DNA from: an uncultured Pseudomonadota bacterium
GTDB lineage: Bacteria; Oederibacteriota; Muellerivitia; Muellerivitales; Muellerivitaceae
Assembly (NCBI GenBank): GCA_963770835.1
Contig: CAVYRH010000004.1
Location: 576,001 to 640,000, forward strand
Direction: 5' to 3'
DNA: 64,000 nt
Shown one piece after another: positions 17,439 through 27,095 of this stretch. The notes below the pieces were generated by a model. It saw nothing but the letters and a program-made list of their open reading frames with translations. It had not been told where the DNA came from and searched no databases. Every line of letters starts with the position of its first letter. Position 1 is the stretch's first letter. Made by a program: the position numbers and the translations under genes.

Positions 17439-18626
17439 CTACACCGCTTGTCCCGCGACAAAACCTGAAGCCCAAGCCCATTGAAAATTGAACCCGCCCA
17501 GTTGTCCCGTTACATCCAACACTTCGCCGATGAAGAAAAGTCCCGGCACCTTCCGGACTTCCATGGTCTCGCGGGAAATCTCCCGGGTGTCAACCCCTCC
17601 CCTCATCACCTCCGCCATCCGGTAGCCGAAAGTATCGGCGGGGACGAAACGGTAGGCATGAATGTCGCGGGCCAGGGCCATCAGCCGCTCATCGGTAAGG
17701 GCCGCCCAGGGGCCCCGGGCTTCGGCGTTCCAGGCGATTCGTTCCGCCAGGCGGCGGGGGATCCGCTCGGAAAGCCAGACGCGGAATTTGCCTCGGCCAC
17801 CCTCGGTCTTGTCCTTCTTCAGTTGTTTGTAAGTGGACTCCACCGTCAGTTCGGGCACCCAATTGACGGTGATTTCCCGACCCGGTTTCCAGTAAAGGGA
17901 AGCGTTGAGCATGACGGGGCCGCTTAACCCCTTATGGGTGATCATCAGGTCTTCCACCAGGTTCCAGTCGCCGCAGGAAACGCCCACCCGAAGATGAACG
18001 CCCGCCAAATCCTTGAAGCGGGCCATTTCCTTTTCCGGGAAGGCCAGCCCGACCAGGGCGGGCGCGGGCTCGATCACTTTCAGGCCGAACTGGCGGGCGA
18101 TCTTAAAGCCCAAATCGGAAGCGCCCAGTTGGGGCCAAGACAATCCCCCGGTGGCGACCACCAGCCGCGGGGCCGCAAAGGTTTCACCGTTGGAATGGAC
18201 GGAAAAGCCGCCCTCGGAATGGGCCACTTCCCCCACCTTTTGCCCCAGCAGGATTTCCACACCCCGATCCTCAGCCCGGGAAACCAATAGTTCGATGATG
18301 TCCTTGGCGCTCTTGTCGCAGAACAACTGGCCATCCTTCTTTTCGTGGAAAGGAATGGACCGCGCTTGGACGAGGGCGATGAAATCCTTCGGGGTGAAGC
18401 GGGAAAGCGCGGCCTGGACAAAAGCGGGATTCGTTGAAACGTAGTTGGAGGGAGCGGCGTGGAGGTTGGTGAAGTTACAGCGGCCGCCCCCGGAAACGAG
18501 GATCTTGGGGGCGGGTTTCGGGTTTTGTTCCAACACCAGGACCTTCCGGCCCCGCAAGGCGGCTTCGTGGGCGCACATCAAGCCCGCCGCCCCACCCCCG
18601 AGAATGATCACGTCATAGGGTTTCAT
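17439..18626 (-). CDS. HI0933/YhiN(BaiN)-family flavoprotein
   Basis: GGGAAG, KILVSGGGRCNFTN, ATGGLS and GEVLDVTGQLGGFNFQWAWASG. Confidence 0.92.
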   Translation of the reverse strand: MKPYDVIILGGGAAGLMCAHEAALRGRKVLVLEQNPKPAPKILVSGGGRCNFTNLHAAPSNYVSTNPAFVQAALSRFTPKDFIALVQARSIPFHEKKDGQLFCDKSAKDIIELLVSRAEDRGVEILLGQKVGEVAHSEGGFSVHSNGETFAAPRLVVATGGLSWPQLGASDLGFKIARQFGLKVIEPAPALVGLAFPEKEMARFKDLAGVHLRVGVSCGDWNLVEDLMITHKGLSGPVMLNASLYWKPGREITVNWVPELTVESTYKQLKKDKTEGGRGKFRVWLSERIPRRLAERIAWNAEARGPWAALTDERLMALARDIHAYRFVPADTFGYRMAEVMRGGVDTREISRETMEVRKVPGLFFIGEVLDVTGQLGGFNFQWAWASGFVAGQAV

Positions 18627-18733
18627 GCGCTTAAGATAACGGAACAAAGCCTTCCGGCATACCTTTTACGATTCTTGACGGTCTCCCGAATCTTGCTATC
18701 CTAAACCACCAATTCTTCCCAATGAGGTGCCTC

Positions 18734-19867
18734 ATGCAACGACGGTTGATCGCTTTCACGGCCCTGGCGGCCCTGGTCTTGTGCCTGTCCTGCGGGCCCA
18801 AACTGAATCCAAACGAATTCCGCATCGGGGAATTCGGCTCCCTCACGGGCGCCCAAGCCACCTTCGGGATTTCCACCGAGGATGGGATCCAATTGGCCGT
18901 AGACGAGGTGAACGCGGCGGGCGGCGTGAACGGCAAGACCTTGAAGGTCGTGGCCGTGGACGACCAGGGGAAACCCGAGGAAGCGGCTGTGGCGGTGACC
19001 AAGCTTATCACCGAGGACAAGGTTCAAGTTGTTTTGGGCGAGGTGGCCAGCTCCCTTTCCCTGGCGGCGGCGCCCATCTGCCAGGAACACAAAATCCCCA
19101 TGATTACACCCTCCTCCACCAACCCCAAGGTGACCCAAGTGGGGAACTACGTCTTCCGCGTCTGCTTCATCGATCCCTTCCAGGGCCAAGTCATGGCGGA
19201 TTTCGCCATGAATAACCTCAAAGCCAAGACGGCCGCCGTCCTCAGGGATCAAAAGAGCGATTACAGCATGGGCCTGGCGGATTTCTTCATCAAGCGGTTC
19301 AAGGAAAAGGGCGGGACCATCGTGATCGACCAAAGCTACGTGGCGGGAGACGTGGATTTCAAATCCCAGCTCACTACTATCAGGGAGCAAAAGCCCGACG
19401 TTATTTTCGTGCCCGGCTATTACACCGAAGTGGGGCTTATCGCCCAACAAACCCGGGAATTGAGCATCAAGGCGCCTTTGCTGGGCGGCGACGGCTGGGA
19501 TTCGTCGAAACTTTATGAAATCGGCGGCAAGGCATTGGATGGCTGCTATTTTTCATCCCATTATTCCCCGGAATCCACCGACCCCAAGGTCCAGGATTTC
19601 GTGAAGAAGTACCAGGCCAAATACGGCCAAGTGCCGGACGCCTTGGCGACCCTGGGTTACGACGCCACCGGTGTCCTGGTGGCGGCCTTGAAAAGCGGTA
19701 AGAGCATGGACCCAGCCGATATCCGCGATTCTATCGCGGCCACGAAGAATTACGCAGGAATAACGGGTTTCATCAGCCTGGACCCGGACCGTGACGCAGT
19801 CAAACCGGCGGTGGTGCTGAAGATCGCCGGGGGAAAATCCTCTTACGTTACAACCGTCAGCCCCTAA
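18734..19867 (+). CDS. Branched-chain amino acid ABC substrate-binding lipoprotein (LivK-like)
   Basis: LAVDEVNAAGG, STNPKVT, FRVCFIDPFQG and GGDGW. Confidence 0.9.
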   Translation: MQRRLIAFTALAALVLCLSCGPKLNPNEFRIGEFGSLTGAQATFGISTEDGIQLAVDEVNAAGGVNGKTLKVVAVDDQGKPEEAAVAVTKLITEDKVQVVLGEVASSLSLAAAPICQEHKIPMITPSSTNPKVTQVGNYVFRVCFIDPFQGQVMADFAMNNLKAKTAAVLRDQKSDYSMGLADFFIKRFKEKGGTIVIDQSYVAGDVDFKSQLTTIREQKPDVIFVPGYYTEVGLIAQQTRELSIKAPLLGGDGWDSSKLYEIGGKALDGCYFSSHYSPESTDPKVQDFVKKYQAKYGQVPDALATLGYDATGVLVAALKSGKSMDPADIRDSIAATKNYAGITGFISLDPDRDAVKPAVVLKIAGGKSSYVTTVSP

Positions 19868-19888
19868 ACCCATTCTTTTCCCATCTTT

Positions 19889-19919
19889 AAAGGCCTGGAG
19901 AAATTTCCAGGCCTTTTTT
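19889..19919 (+). terminator. Rho-independent terminator
   Basis: aaaggcctgga-gaaatt-tccaggcctttttt. Confidence 0.8.
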
Positions 19920-20083
19920 ATTTTGGGAGCATCCAAGAGCTTTGGGACCGAAAGCCTGCACTCTTTTGTGCAATTTGCTGAATTATTGCTTGTCCACCCC
20001 CTTAAGTCCTTGAAAATGTTCTCCCAGGGTGGTTTATTTTAATTCCCCCGCAATGAAAGGGGCTTTTCGACAAGGATCTTTTT

Positions 20084-21355
20084 ATGGATCAAGGAACACA
20101 TTCCCAAAACTCCCAAACCGCCGCCTTTAACCTGCGCGAAATCATCGACGGGGGATGGGTGGAACCCCACTTTCAACCCATTGTTTCCCTCAACCGCCGC
20201 TCCATCGTGGGGCTGGAAGGCTTGAGCCGGGGACTCCATCCGGGGACCCAAAATCTCATTCCCCCCACCGAACTTTTTCACCAAGCCATGATCCAAGGCC
20301 TCGAATTGGAATTAGACCAGCTATGCCGGAAGAAGGTCATGGAGGATTTCCGCCTGGTCCGGGCCGAAAACCCGGAATTCCTTTTGAGCCTCAACTTGGA
20401 CACTTCCATTTTCAGCCAAGGCGTGGCTGGCTCCGATTATTTGCGCCAGCAAGTGACTGAAGCGGGCCTCCAACCCGAACATATCGCTCTGGAGGTCATC
20501 GAATCGGACGTGAAAGACCTGAAGGAACTCCAACGGTTCGTGGAGCTGTACCGGGGTTACGGCTTCCTTATCGCCCTGGACGACGTGGGGGCCGGCCATT
20601 CCAACCTGAACCGCATTCCCCTCATCAAGCCCGACATCCTGAAGATCGACCGCTTCCTGGTGCAGGAAATTCAGGGCGATTTCTACAAGCAGGAGGTCCT
20701 AAGGTCCCTCGTGAACATGGCCCGCCGCCTGGGCACCCTCATCATCGCCGAAGGGGTAGAGACCCAGGAGGAAGCGGTCTACCTGCTGGACATGGACGTG
20801 GACATGATCCAGGGTTATTTCTTCGCCCGCCCTCAACGCCGGGGGCTCCTGGAGAAACAAGCGGTGTTGGACCGCATCGGGGGCTTAGGCGAGGCTTTCA
20901 AGCGGACCTTTCTCAAACGGCTGGGCGTCCAGAAGTTTAATATGAGCCGTTATTACGCCATGATCATGGAGATCCAGATGGAATTGCGCCTGAAGAGCCC
21001 GGGCCAATTCGATGAGGCCCTGAAAGGGCTGGTGGGGCGGTTCCCCCTGGTGGAAGGCATTTATATCCTGGACGAGGGGGGGATCCAGGCCTCGGAATAT
21101 TTCCTCAACCACAAGAGCCGTGCCAAACGGCAATCGGTGGTCTTCCAACCTCCCCCGAAAGGGTCCGACCACACGATGAAAGACTATTACTTTTCCTTGG
21201 TGGAGGAAGGTTTAAACAAGACCAGTTATGTCACCGAGCCCTATCTTTCCATGGCCTCGGGTAATAGCTGCGTGACCATCGCCTCGTTTTTCCAAGACGC
21301 GGATAAAAAAAAGTACATCCTTTGCTTGGATATCAATACTGAAGCCTTGGGCTAG
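20084..21355 (+). CDS. EAL phosphodiesterase with C-terminal Cache/PAS-like domain (YkuI-like)
   Basis: FQPIV, EGLSR, DDVGAGHS, KIDR, AEGVET and QGY; C-terminal TEPYLS...CVT. Confidence 0.88.
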   Translation: MDQGTHSQNSQTAAFNLREIIDGGWVEPHFQPIVSLNRRSIVGLEGLSRGLHPGTQNLIPPTELFHQAMIQGLELELDQLCRKKVMEDFRLVRAENPEFLLSLNLDTSIFSQGVAGSDYLRQQVTEAGLQPEHIALEVIESDVKDLKELQRFVELYRGYGFLIALDDVGAGHSNLNRIPLIKPDILKIDRFLVQEIQGDFYKQEVLRSLVNMARRLGTLIIAEGVETQEEAVYLLDMDVDMIQGYFFARPQRRGLLEKQAVLDRIGGLGEAFKRTFLKRLGVQKFNMSRYYAMIMEIQMELRLKSPGQFDEALKGLVGRFPLVEGIYILDEGGIQASEYFLNHKSRAKRQSVVFQPPPKGSDHTMKDYYFSLVEEGLNKTSYVTEPYLSMASGNSCVTIASFFQDADKKKYILCLDINTEALG

Positions 21356-21572
21356 GAATCACCGCCTGAAATGACAAAAAGACAGTTGCCTGACTTTCTT
21401 CTTTCGCAAGGGTGAAACCAGCCAGACTTTGTGCGAATAAACCGGAAGGTTTTTGTGCACCTACGGTTTTCTAACGGCTTTCCCTGGATTTAACTTGTAA
21501 AGATTCCTTACCAGTGGTTTATTTGATTTCCCGATAAACCCGGGCGCGGTTCGCTTTGAAGGAGACCTCCCC

Positions 21573-22856
21573 ATGGATAAAGGTACACTGACGCAGGGCG
21601 TTCAACCCGCTTTTTTCAACCTCCGTGAAATCATTGAAGGGCAGTGGATCGAAGCCCATTTCCAGCCCATCGTTTCGCTGAAACGGCGCTCTATTGTAGG
21701 CGTGGAAGGATTAAGCCGGGGCGTCCACCCCACCAGCCGCAGCCTCATCCCCCCCACGGATCTTTTCCACCAAGCCGCCCTCCAGGGCCTGGAGGTGGAT
21801 TTGGACCGTTTATGCCGCATCAAGGCATTGGACGATTTCAGGCTCATCCACTCCTTGAAACCCGAATTGATCCTTTCCCTCAACATGAACGCGGCCATCC
21901 TGGACCAGGGCGTGGCGGGGTCGGGACACCTGCGCACGCAGGTCTACCAGATGGGGTTGAACCCCCATAACATCGCCATCGAAATCATTGAATCGGAAGT
22001 GGAGGACCTGAAGCAACTCCAGAGTTTCGTGAAGCTTTACCGCAGCTACGGGTTTTTGATCGCCCTGGACGACGTGGGGGCGGGCCACTCCAACCTGAAC
22101 CGCATCTCCCTCATCAAACCCGACATCCTCAAGATCGACCGGTTTTTGGTGGAGGGCATCCACAAGGACTTCTACAAGCAGGAGGTCCTGAAGTCCCTCG
22201 TCAGCATGGCGCGCCGGTTGGGAACGCTCATCATCGCCGAAGGGGTCGAAACCGAGGAGGAAGCCGTCCGCCTCCTGGACATCGACGTGGATTTGGTGCA
22301 GGGCTACTACTTCGCCCGGCCGCAGCGCCATGACCGGCTTGAATGGGAACCCATCCTCGCGAAGATCGGCGGCTTGGGGGAGGCCTTCAAACGCCATTTT
22401 ATGGGGCGCCTAGGGACCCGGAAACTCAACATGAACCGTTACTATGCCACTCTCTTTGAGATCCAAATGGAGTTAAGCCAGATGCACCCGGTGCATTTCG
22501 ATTTGATCCTGCGGCGGATGGCGGCGGAGTTATCCCACGTGGAAAACATCTACGTCCTGGACGAGGCGGGACTCCAGGTGACAGACAGCGTTTTCAGCAA
22601 AGGCTGCCGGACCCATCGCAACCCGGTGGTTTTCAAGCCCGCGGCCAAGGGCGCGGACCACACCCTGAAGGATTATTATTATTTCCTCATGGAGTCGGGG
22701 CTCAACAAGACCAGCTTCCTCACCGAACCCTATCTTTCCATGTCGTCGGGAAACAGCTGCGTGACGCTTTCCTCCGTTTTCAAGAACGTCGACCGGAACA
22801 AATACATCCTTTGCCTGGATATCAACACCGACTCGTTGAGCGAAGAAACCGCCTAA
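21573..22856 (+). CDS. EAL phosphodiesterase, tandem paralog
   Basis: Same motifs, extensive identity to 20084-21355. Confidence 0.88.
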   Translation: MDKGTLTQGVQPAFFNLREIIEGQWIEAHFQPIVSLKRRSIVGVEGLSRGVHPTSRSLIPPTDLFHQAALQGLEVDLDRLCRIKALDDFRLIHSLKPELILSLNMNAAILDQGVAGSGHLRTQVYQMGLNPHNIAIEIIESEVEDLKQLQSFVKLYRSYGFLIALDDVGAGHSNLNRISLIKPDILKIDRFLVEGIHKDFYKQEVLKSLVSMARRLGTLIIAEGVETEEEAVRLLDIDVDLVQGYYFARPQRHDRLEWEPILAKIGGLGEAFKRHFMGRLGTRKLNMNRYYATLFEIQMELSQMHPVHFDLILRRMAAELSHVENIYVLDEAGLQVTDSVFSKGCRTHRNPVVFKPAAKGADHTLKDYYYFLMESGLNKTSFLTEPYLSMSSGNSCVTLSSVFKNVDRNKYILCLDINTDSLSEETA

Positions 22857-22863
22857 TAAAATT

Positions 22864-24027
22864 TCACCCCGGTTGCAGTTCAATCAGGCTCACTTCGGGT
22901 GTCAGGCCGAACCGCACCGGCAGGACCCAATAACCCGTCCCCGGCGTCACGTAAAGCTGGCAGTTCCCCTCCTTGAAATGTCCCATGTGGTATTTCATGA
23001 ACAGCTTGGCCAGGGACCAATCCAAGGCTTTAAAGCCAAACTGCCCCCCATGGGTGTGGCCGCTCAAGGTCAGCTCCACGTTCCGTTCCATGGCGTCCTT
23101 GAAACCCTGGGGCTGGTGGGCCAGCAAAACGGTGGGAGCCCCTGCCGGTTTTCCCTCCAGGGCCTTGTCGAAATCCGGCGCCACCGATCCCCATTGGCCG
23201 AAACGGCGGGCGCCCTGGTCTCCCACGCCGGCGATCCAAAGCGAAGCGTCGCCCCTTTTGATTTCCATGCCCTCGTTTACCAGCATCTGCAACCGGCTGT
23301 CCTCCAAAACATTGAGGGTTTTTTCGGGGTTGGCGTAAACGTCGTGGTTGCCCAGCACACCAATGGCGGGCAAGTAAGGGTCTAATACTTCCAGGCTTCT
23401 CAGGAACTTGGGGAGGTATTGGGGGTCGTCGTCGGTGATGTCGCCGCAGACCACGAAAAGGTCGGGGTTGGCCTCCTGGGCCACCCGGGCGAACTGCCGC
23501 AGGCGGGCCAGGCGGGTAAAGAGGCCCACGTGCAGGTCCGACACCATGGCGATCTTGAACCCCGCAAATTCCGGAGGAAGATTCTTGATGAGAACAACGA
23601 CCTTTTCCAGGCGAACGGTGAATATGGCCTGGAAAAATCCCACGACGCAGATGAATCCAATGACCGCCAGGAAGATGTTGGAGGGTATGTGGGCGAAGCG
23701 GGCAAAGGGAACCCATTTCCACGCGAAAACGGCCAGCCAGATGAGGCCTAATATGAGGATGAAGACGGAATAGAGGAATATCAGGAAGTTCCAGAGGACC
23801 CAGAAGGGGCCGAAGACTGCCCGGGAGAACCGGAAAAAGGGCGAGGAGTGGCGGCGCAGGATGAGGGGCAACAACAGCCAAAGCAGGTTGCCCATGACAC
23901 CCCCGGCCAGCACGAAGTGCCAGCCGCCGGGATAAATGGAAAAACCGGACCAAATGGAGACGGCGTTCATGAGGAAGAATAGGCTCAGGACGAGATTGAA
24001 AATGAGAACGGTTCGTTTGGTGGCCAA
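22864..24027 (-). CDS. Membrane-anchored metallophosphoesterase (YkuE-like)
   Basis: N-terminal TM helices, SDLH, GDITD, GNHD and SGHTHGGQ. Confidence 0.9.
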   Translation of the reverse strand: MATKRTVLIFNLVLSLFFLMNAVSIWSGFSIYPGGWHFVLAGGVMGNLLWLLLPLILRRHSSPFFRFSRAVFGPFWVLWNFLIFLYSVFILILGLIWLAVFAWKWVPFARFAHIPSNIFLAVIGFICVVGFFQAIFTVRLEKVVVLIKNLPPEFAGFKIAMVSDLHVGLFTRLARLRQFARVAQEANPDLFVVCGDITDDDPQYLPKFLRSLEVLDPYLPAIGVLGNHDVYANPEKTLNVLEDSRLQMLVNEGMEIKRGDASLWIAGVGDQGARRFGQWGSVAPDFDKALEGKPAGAPTVLLAHQPQGFKDAMERNVELTLSGHTHGGQFGFKALDWSLAKLFMKYHMGHFKEGNCQLYVTPGTGYWVLPVRFGLTPEVSLIELQPG

Positions 24028-24294
24028 GGCCCCTCCATGGGTTAAGGCAACGTACTATTTGGCCGAATCGGCCTTTTTGTCAAGGGAGTAGGTTAGGGAT
24101 GAATTTGTTTTTCTGTTTGGCCCTGTGGAAATTTTATCTAAACTGATGCTGCTTCGTCATCAACGCCCGGCTAGCCCCATTTCTCTATTTGAAAATAAAA
24201 GGAAAATGGGATACTCCCACATTCCATTTATGATTGTCATTAAAGTGTGGGGATCGGCGGGCAATTCTCGCAATGATAGCGATTAAGGACTTTA

Positions 24295-25197
24295 ATGGAA
24301 GGCTTTCTCCAACTGTTGTTGAACGGCACGGCCCTGGGGTCCATTTACGCGCTCATCGCCCTGGGTTACACCATGGTTTACGGAATCCTACGCCTCATCA
24401 ATTTCGCCCATGGGGACATCGTGATGGTAGGCGCCTACGCGGGCCTTTTCACCGCCCTGGCCCTCCACGCCTCCGACCACCCCACGCTCGGCGGTTTCCT
24501 TGCGGTCATGGCGGTGGCCATGGGGGTGTCGGGCTTACTGGGATATCTCATTGAGCGCCTGGCCTATCGGCCCCTGCGAAACGTCCCTAGGCTCAATCTT
24601 CTCATTACGGCGGTGGGTGTTTCCTTGTTCCTGGAAAACCTGGGTCAAGTGGTGTTCGGGGCCACGCCCCGGGTGTTCCCGGAAATCATGCCCAATGTTT
24701 CCCTGTTCCAGTCCGGGGAAGTATCCATCACCAACCAGCAGGTCACGGTGTTCGGAACCTCCCTTTTCCTCATGTTCATTTTGGAATGGATCGTCCAGAA
24801 AACCAAGCTGGGGCGGGCCATGCGGGCGGTCTCCTATTCCCATGAGACGGCTTCCCTAGTGGGCATTCCCACCGACACCATCATCAGCATCACTTTCATC
24901 ATCGGTTCAGCCCTGGCCGCAGCGGCGGGCATTCTGGTGGGCATTTCCTACCCCCGCGTGGATCCTTTGATGGGAGTCATGATCGGCATCAAGGCTTTCG
25001 TGGCGGCAGTTTTGGGCGGTATCGGCAGTATCCGGGGGGCGGTGGTGGGCGGGTTCATCATGGGGATCTCCGAGGCCATGGTTGTGGGTTATGGTTCCTC
25101 TACCTACCGCGACGCCTTGGCCTTTGCCATTCTCATCCTGATCCTCATCTTCAAACCTGCCGGCCTGTTCGGCAAATACCAGCCGGAGAAAGTATGA
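24295..25197 (+). CDS. livH: Branched-chain amino acid ABC permease
   Basis: GSIYALIALGYTMVYG..INFAHG and AFVAAVLGGIGS. Confidence 0.9.
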   Translation: MEGFLQLLLNGTALGSIYALIALGYTMVYGILRLINFAHGDIVMVGAYAGLFTALALHASDHPTLGGFLAVMAVAMGVSGLLGYLIERLAYRPLRNVPRLNLLITAVGVSLFLENLGQVVFGATPRVFPEIMPNVSLFQSGEVSITNQQVTVFGTSLFLMFILEWIVQKTKLGRAMRAVSYSHETASLVGIPTDTIISITFIIGSALAAAAGILVGISYPRVDPLMGVMIGIKAFVAAVLGGIGSIRGAVVGGFIMGISEAMVVGYGSSTYRDALAFAILILILIFKPAGLFGKYQPEKV

Positions 25198-26165
25198 GGT
25201 CCAACCTAAAGTTTCTTTTGATTCTTTTGGGAGTTTCTACGGCGGCACAGGGGCTGGCCGTCGTGACGCCACCCTATTTCAGCGAACTGTTCACCTTGGC
25301 CTGCATCAACGCCATCCTGGCGGTGTCCCTAAACCTGGTGAACGGTCTTTCGGGCCAGTTCTCGCTCGGCCACGCGGGGTTCATGGCCGTGGGGGCCTAC
25401 ACCTCCGCTTCGGTGAATGTCTTCCTGCTTTCCTCCCTACACGGTAATCCAGTGGGGGATCAAGCCGCCCTTATTCTTTCATTAGTGGCGGCGGCTTTGG
25501 TCAGCGCCCTAGCGGGCTATTTGGTGGGTCTCCCATCTCTGCGGCTCAAAGGGGACTATCTTGCAATCGCCACTCTGGGATTCGGGGAAATCATCCGGGT
25601 CATTATCCTGAACATCCAGGCCGTTGGCGGCGCTAGGGGATTTATTGGCATTCCCACCACCTCCACGCCCTTCCTAGTGGTCTTCGTGTTGGTGTTGGCG
25701 GTGCTTTTGACCCATCGTTTTGTGAAGTCTTCGCACGGACGGGCGCTTTTAGCGGTGCGGGAAAATGAGATAGCGGCGGAGGCCATGGGAGTCAACACCA
25801 CCTACTATAAGGTGCAAGCTTTCGTCGTTTCGGCTGGCACTGCGGGTGTGGCGGGGGGGCTTTTCGCCCACTATCTCTCTTATATCAACCCTAGCTCCTT
25901 CGATTTCATGAAGTCGGTGGAGATCGTCATCATGGTGGTGCTGGGCGGCATGGGGTCGGTATCGGGTTCCATTGTGGCTGCTTTTATTCTCACCTTACTG
26001 CCGGAAGCCTTGAGGCCCCTTCAAGACATCACCCACGTTGATTTACGGATGGTGATTTATTCGCTGGCCCTCATCCTCATGATGCTCCTGAGGCCCAAAG
26101 GCATGTTCGGTCGTAAAGAATTGTGGGAAATGTTTAAAAAATCACCAACAGTTGGAAACCAATGA
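25194..26165 (+). CDS. livM: Branched-chain amino acid ABC permease
   Basis: GQFSLGHAGF, LRLKGDYLAIATLGFGE and VVLGGMGS. Confidence 0.9.
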   Translation: MRSNLKFLLILLGVSTAAQGLAVVTPPYFSELFTLACINAILAVSLNLVNGLSGQFSLGHAGFMAVGAYTSASVNVFLLSSLHGNPVGDQAALILSLVAAALVSALAGYLVGLPSLRLKGDYLAIATLGFGEIIRVIILNIQAVGGARGFIGIPTTSTPFLVVFVLVLAVLLTHRFVKSSHGRALLAVRENEIAAEAMGVNTTYYKVQAFVVSAGTAGVAGGLFAHYLSYINPSSFDFMKSVEIVIMVVLGGMGSVSGSIVAAFILTLLPEALRPLQDITHVDLRMVIYSLALILMMLLRPKGMFGRKELWEMFKKSPTVGNQ

Positions 26166-26641
26166 AGCGTTTAGTGTTGGTAATGGTTTGGTGTTTTGTG
26201 GGAATGGCTTATGCGGCTAACCAAGATTCAACACAAAATAAGAAATGTCAATGCGACTTAACCATCCAAAAAGAATCCATGGCAATATGGGCTCAAGTAA
26301 ATTTTAAAAACATTTCCGATGAGCCGGTCGGACTTTACTTAAACAGCTATTTTGGAGAAGGCGAAGTTGAAGACACGGTGTTTGATGTTATGGATTTGCT
26401 AAAAGAAGGCTATCTGCGGCTTGGTCATAGGGGAAAACTGAAATCCAATCGGCCATGGGGGAGCCACTTAGTTTTTGTGCAGCCGGGTAAAAGCTTGTCG
26501 TTCAAGGTTGATTTGAGAAGATGTTATTCGTTCGATAAAAGTGCATATAAAATTTCTTATGTTTCATCCCTTTATCGATCCCAGGAAAAAGGATTTCTTT
26601 ATCAAGTGCGCTCAAACGCTGTGACAGTGAACTTAAAGTAG
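26162..26641 (+). CDS. Secreted hypothetical protein, AT-rich
   Basis: Signal peptide ending AYA; visibly AT-richer than neighbours; overlaps the livM stop. Confidence 0.6.
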   Translation: MKRLVLVMVWCFVGMAYAANQDSTQNKKCQCDLTIQKESMAIWAQVNFKNISDEPVGLYLNSYFGEGEVEDTVFDVMDLLKEGYLRLGHRGKLKSNRPWGSHLVFVQPGKSLSFKVDLRRCYSFDKSAYKISYVSSLYRSQEKGFLYQVRSNAVTVNLK

Positions 26642-26642
26642 T

Positions 26643-27092
26643 TCAAGAATTATTTTTTGATCCGACGTGGCTCACGTGATTAGCAAAGTGCAGGGGATGG
26701 AACTGCGCCCACTGCTTCTTGTTCAACGGCCCCAAGATGCGATGGTCACTCCAAGGTCCTTCGAATTTCTCGAAATTTTCCAATGCTTTCTTGAATTGAG
26801 CCAGGGCTTCAGCTTCATTCCCTTCGATGCGGTCGGAAGGTGGGCCCTTAATTCCTCGCGGAATGTAACCCCGCAAGACGAAAAACCGGTGCAGAATGGG
26901 CCCCACAATATTTCGTTTCCACCAAGGCATTTCCTGGCGGAGCCCCTTCATGCTACCCTCCACCGCTTTGGACAAATGGGTGAGGATCTGGAAATAAGAC
27001 CAGCTCCCGGTTGTTTCCGCAGGGCCTTGACTCAGCCGGTCGAGTTCGGCGCGGATGTCATCGAAGTTTTTACAGCGAAGTTCACGCGGCAT
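26643..27092 (-). CDS. DUF1569 (DinB-like) protein
   Basis: GSWSYFQILTHL...HRILGPLNKKQW...HFANH. Confidence 0.8.
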   Translation of the reverse strand: MPRELRCKNFDDIRAELDRLSQGPAETTGSWSYFQILTHLSKAVEGSMKGLRQEMPWWKRNIVGPILHRFFVLRGYIPRGIKGPPSDRIEGNEAEALAQFKKALENFEKFEGPWSDHRILGPLNKKQWAQFHPLHFANHVSHVGSKNNS

Positions 27093-27095
27093 TTT

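Noticed and set aside
19924..19975. gggaccgaaagcc upstream of an EAL gene as a c-di-GMP-I riboswitch
   Set aside because: No GGCAAA motif or GAAA tetraloop and no matching second stem; resemblance is superficial.
21471..21492. GCCGTTAG with TAAA on the minus strand as a sigma28 promoter
   Set aside because: The spacer is 10 nt rather than 15 and it points antisense into an EAL gene.
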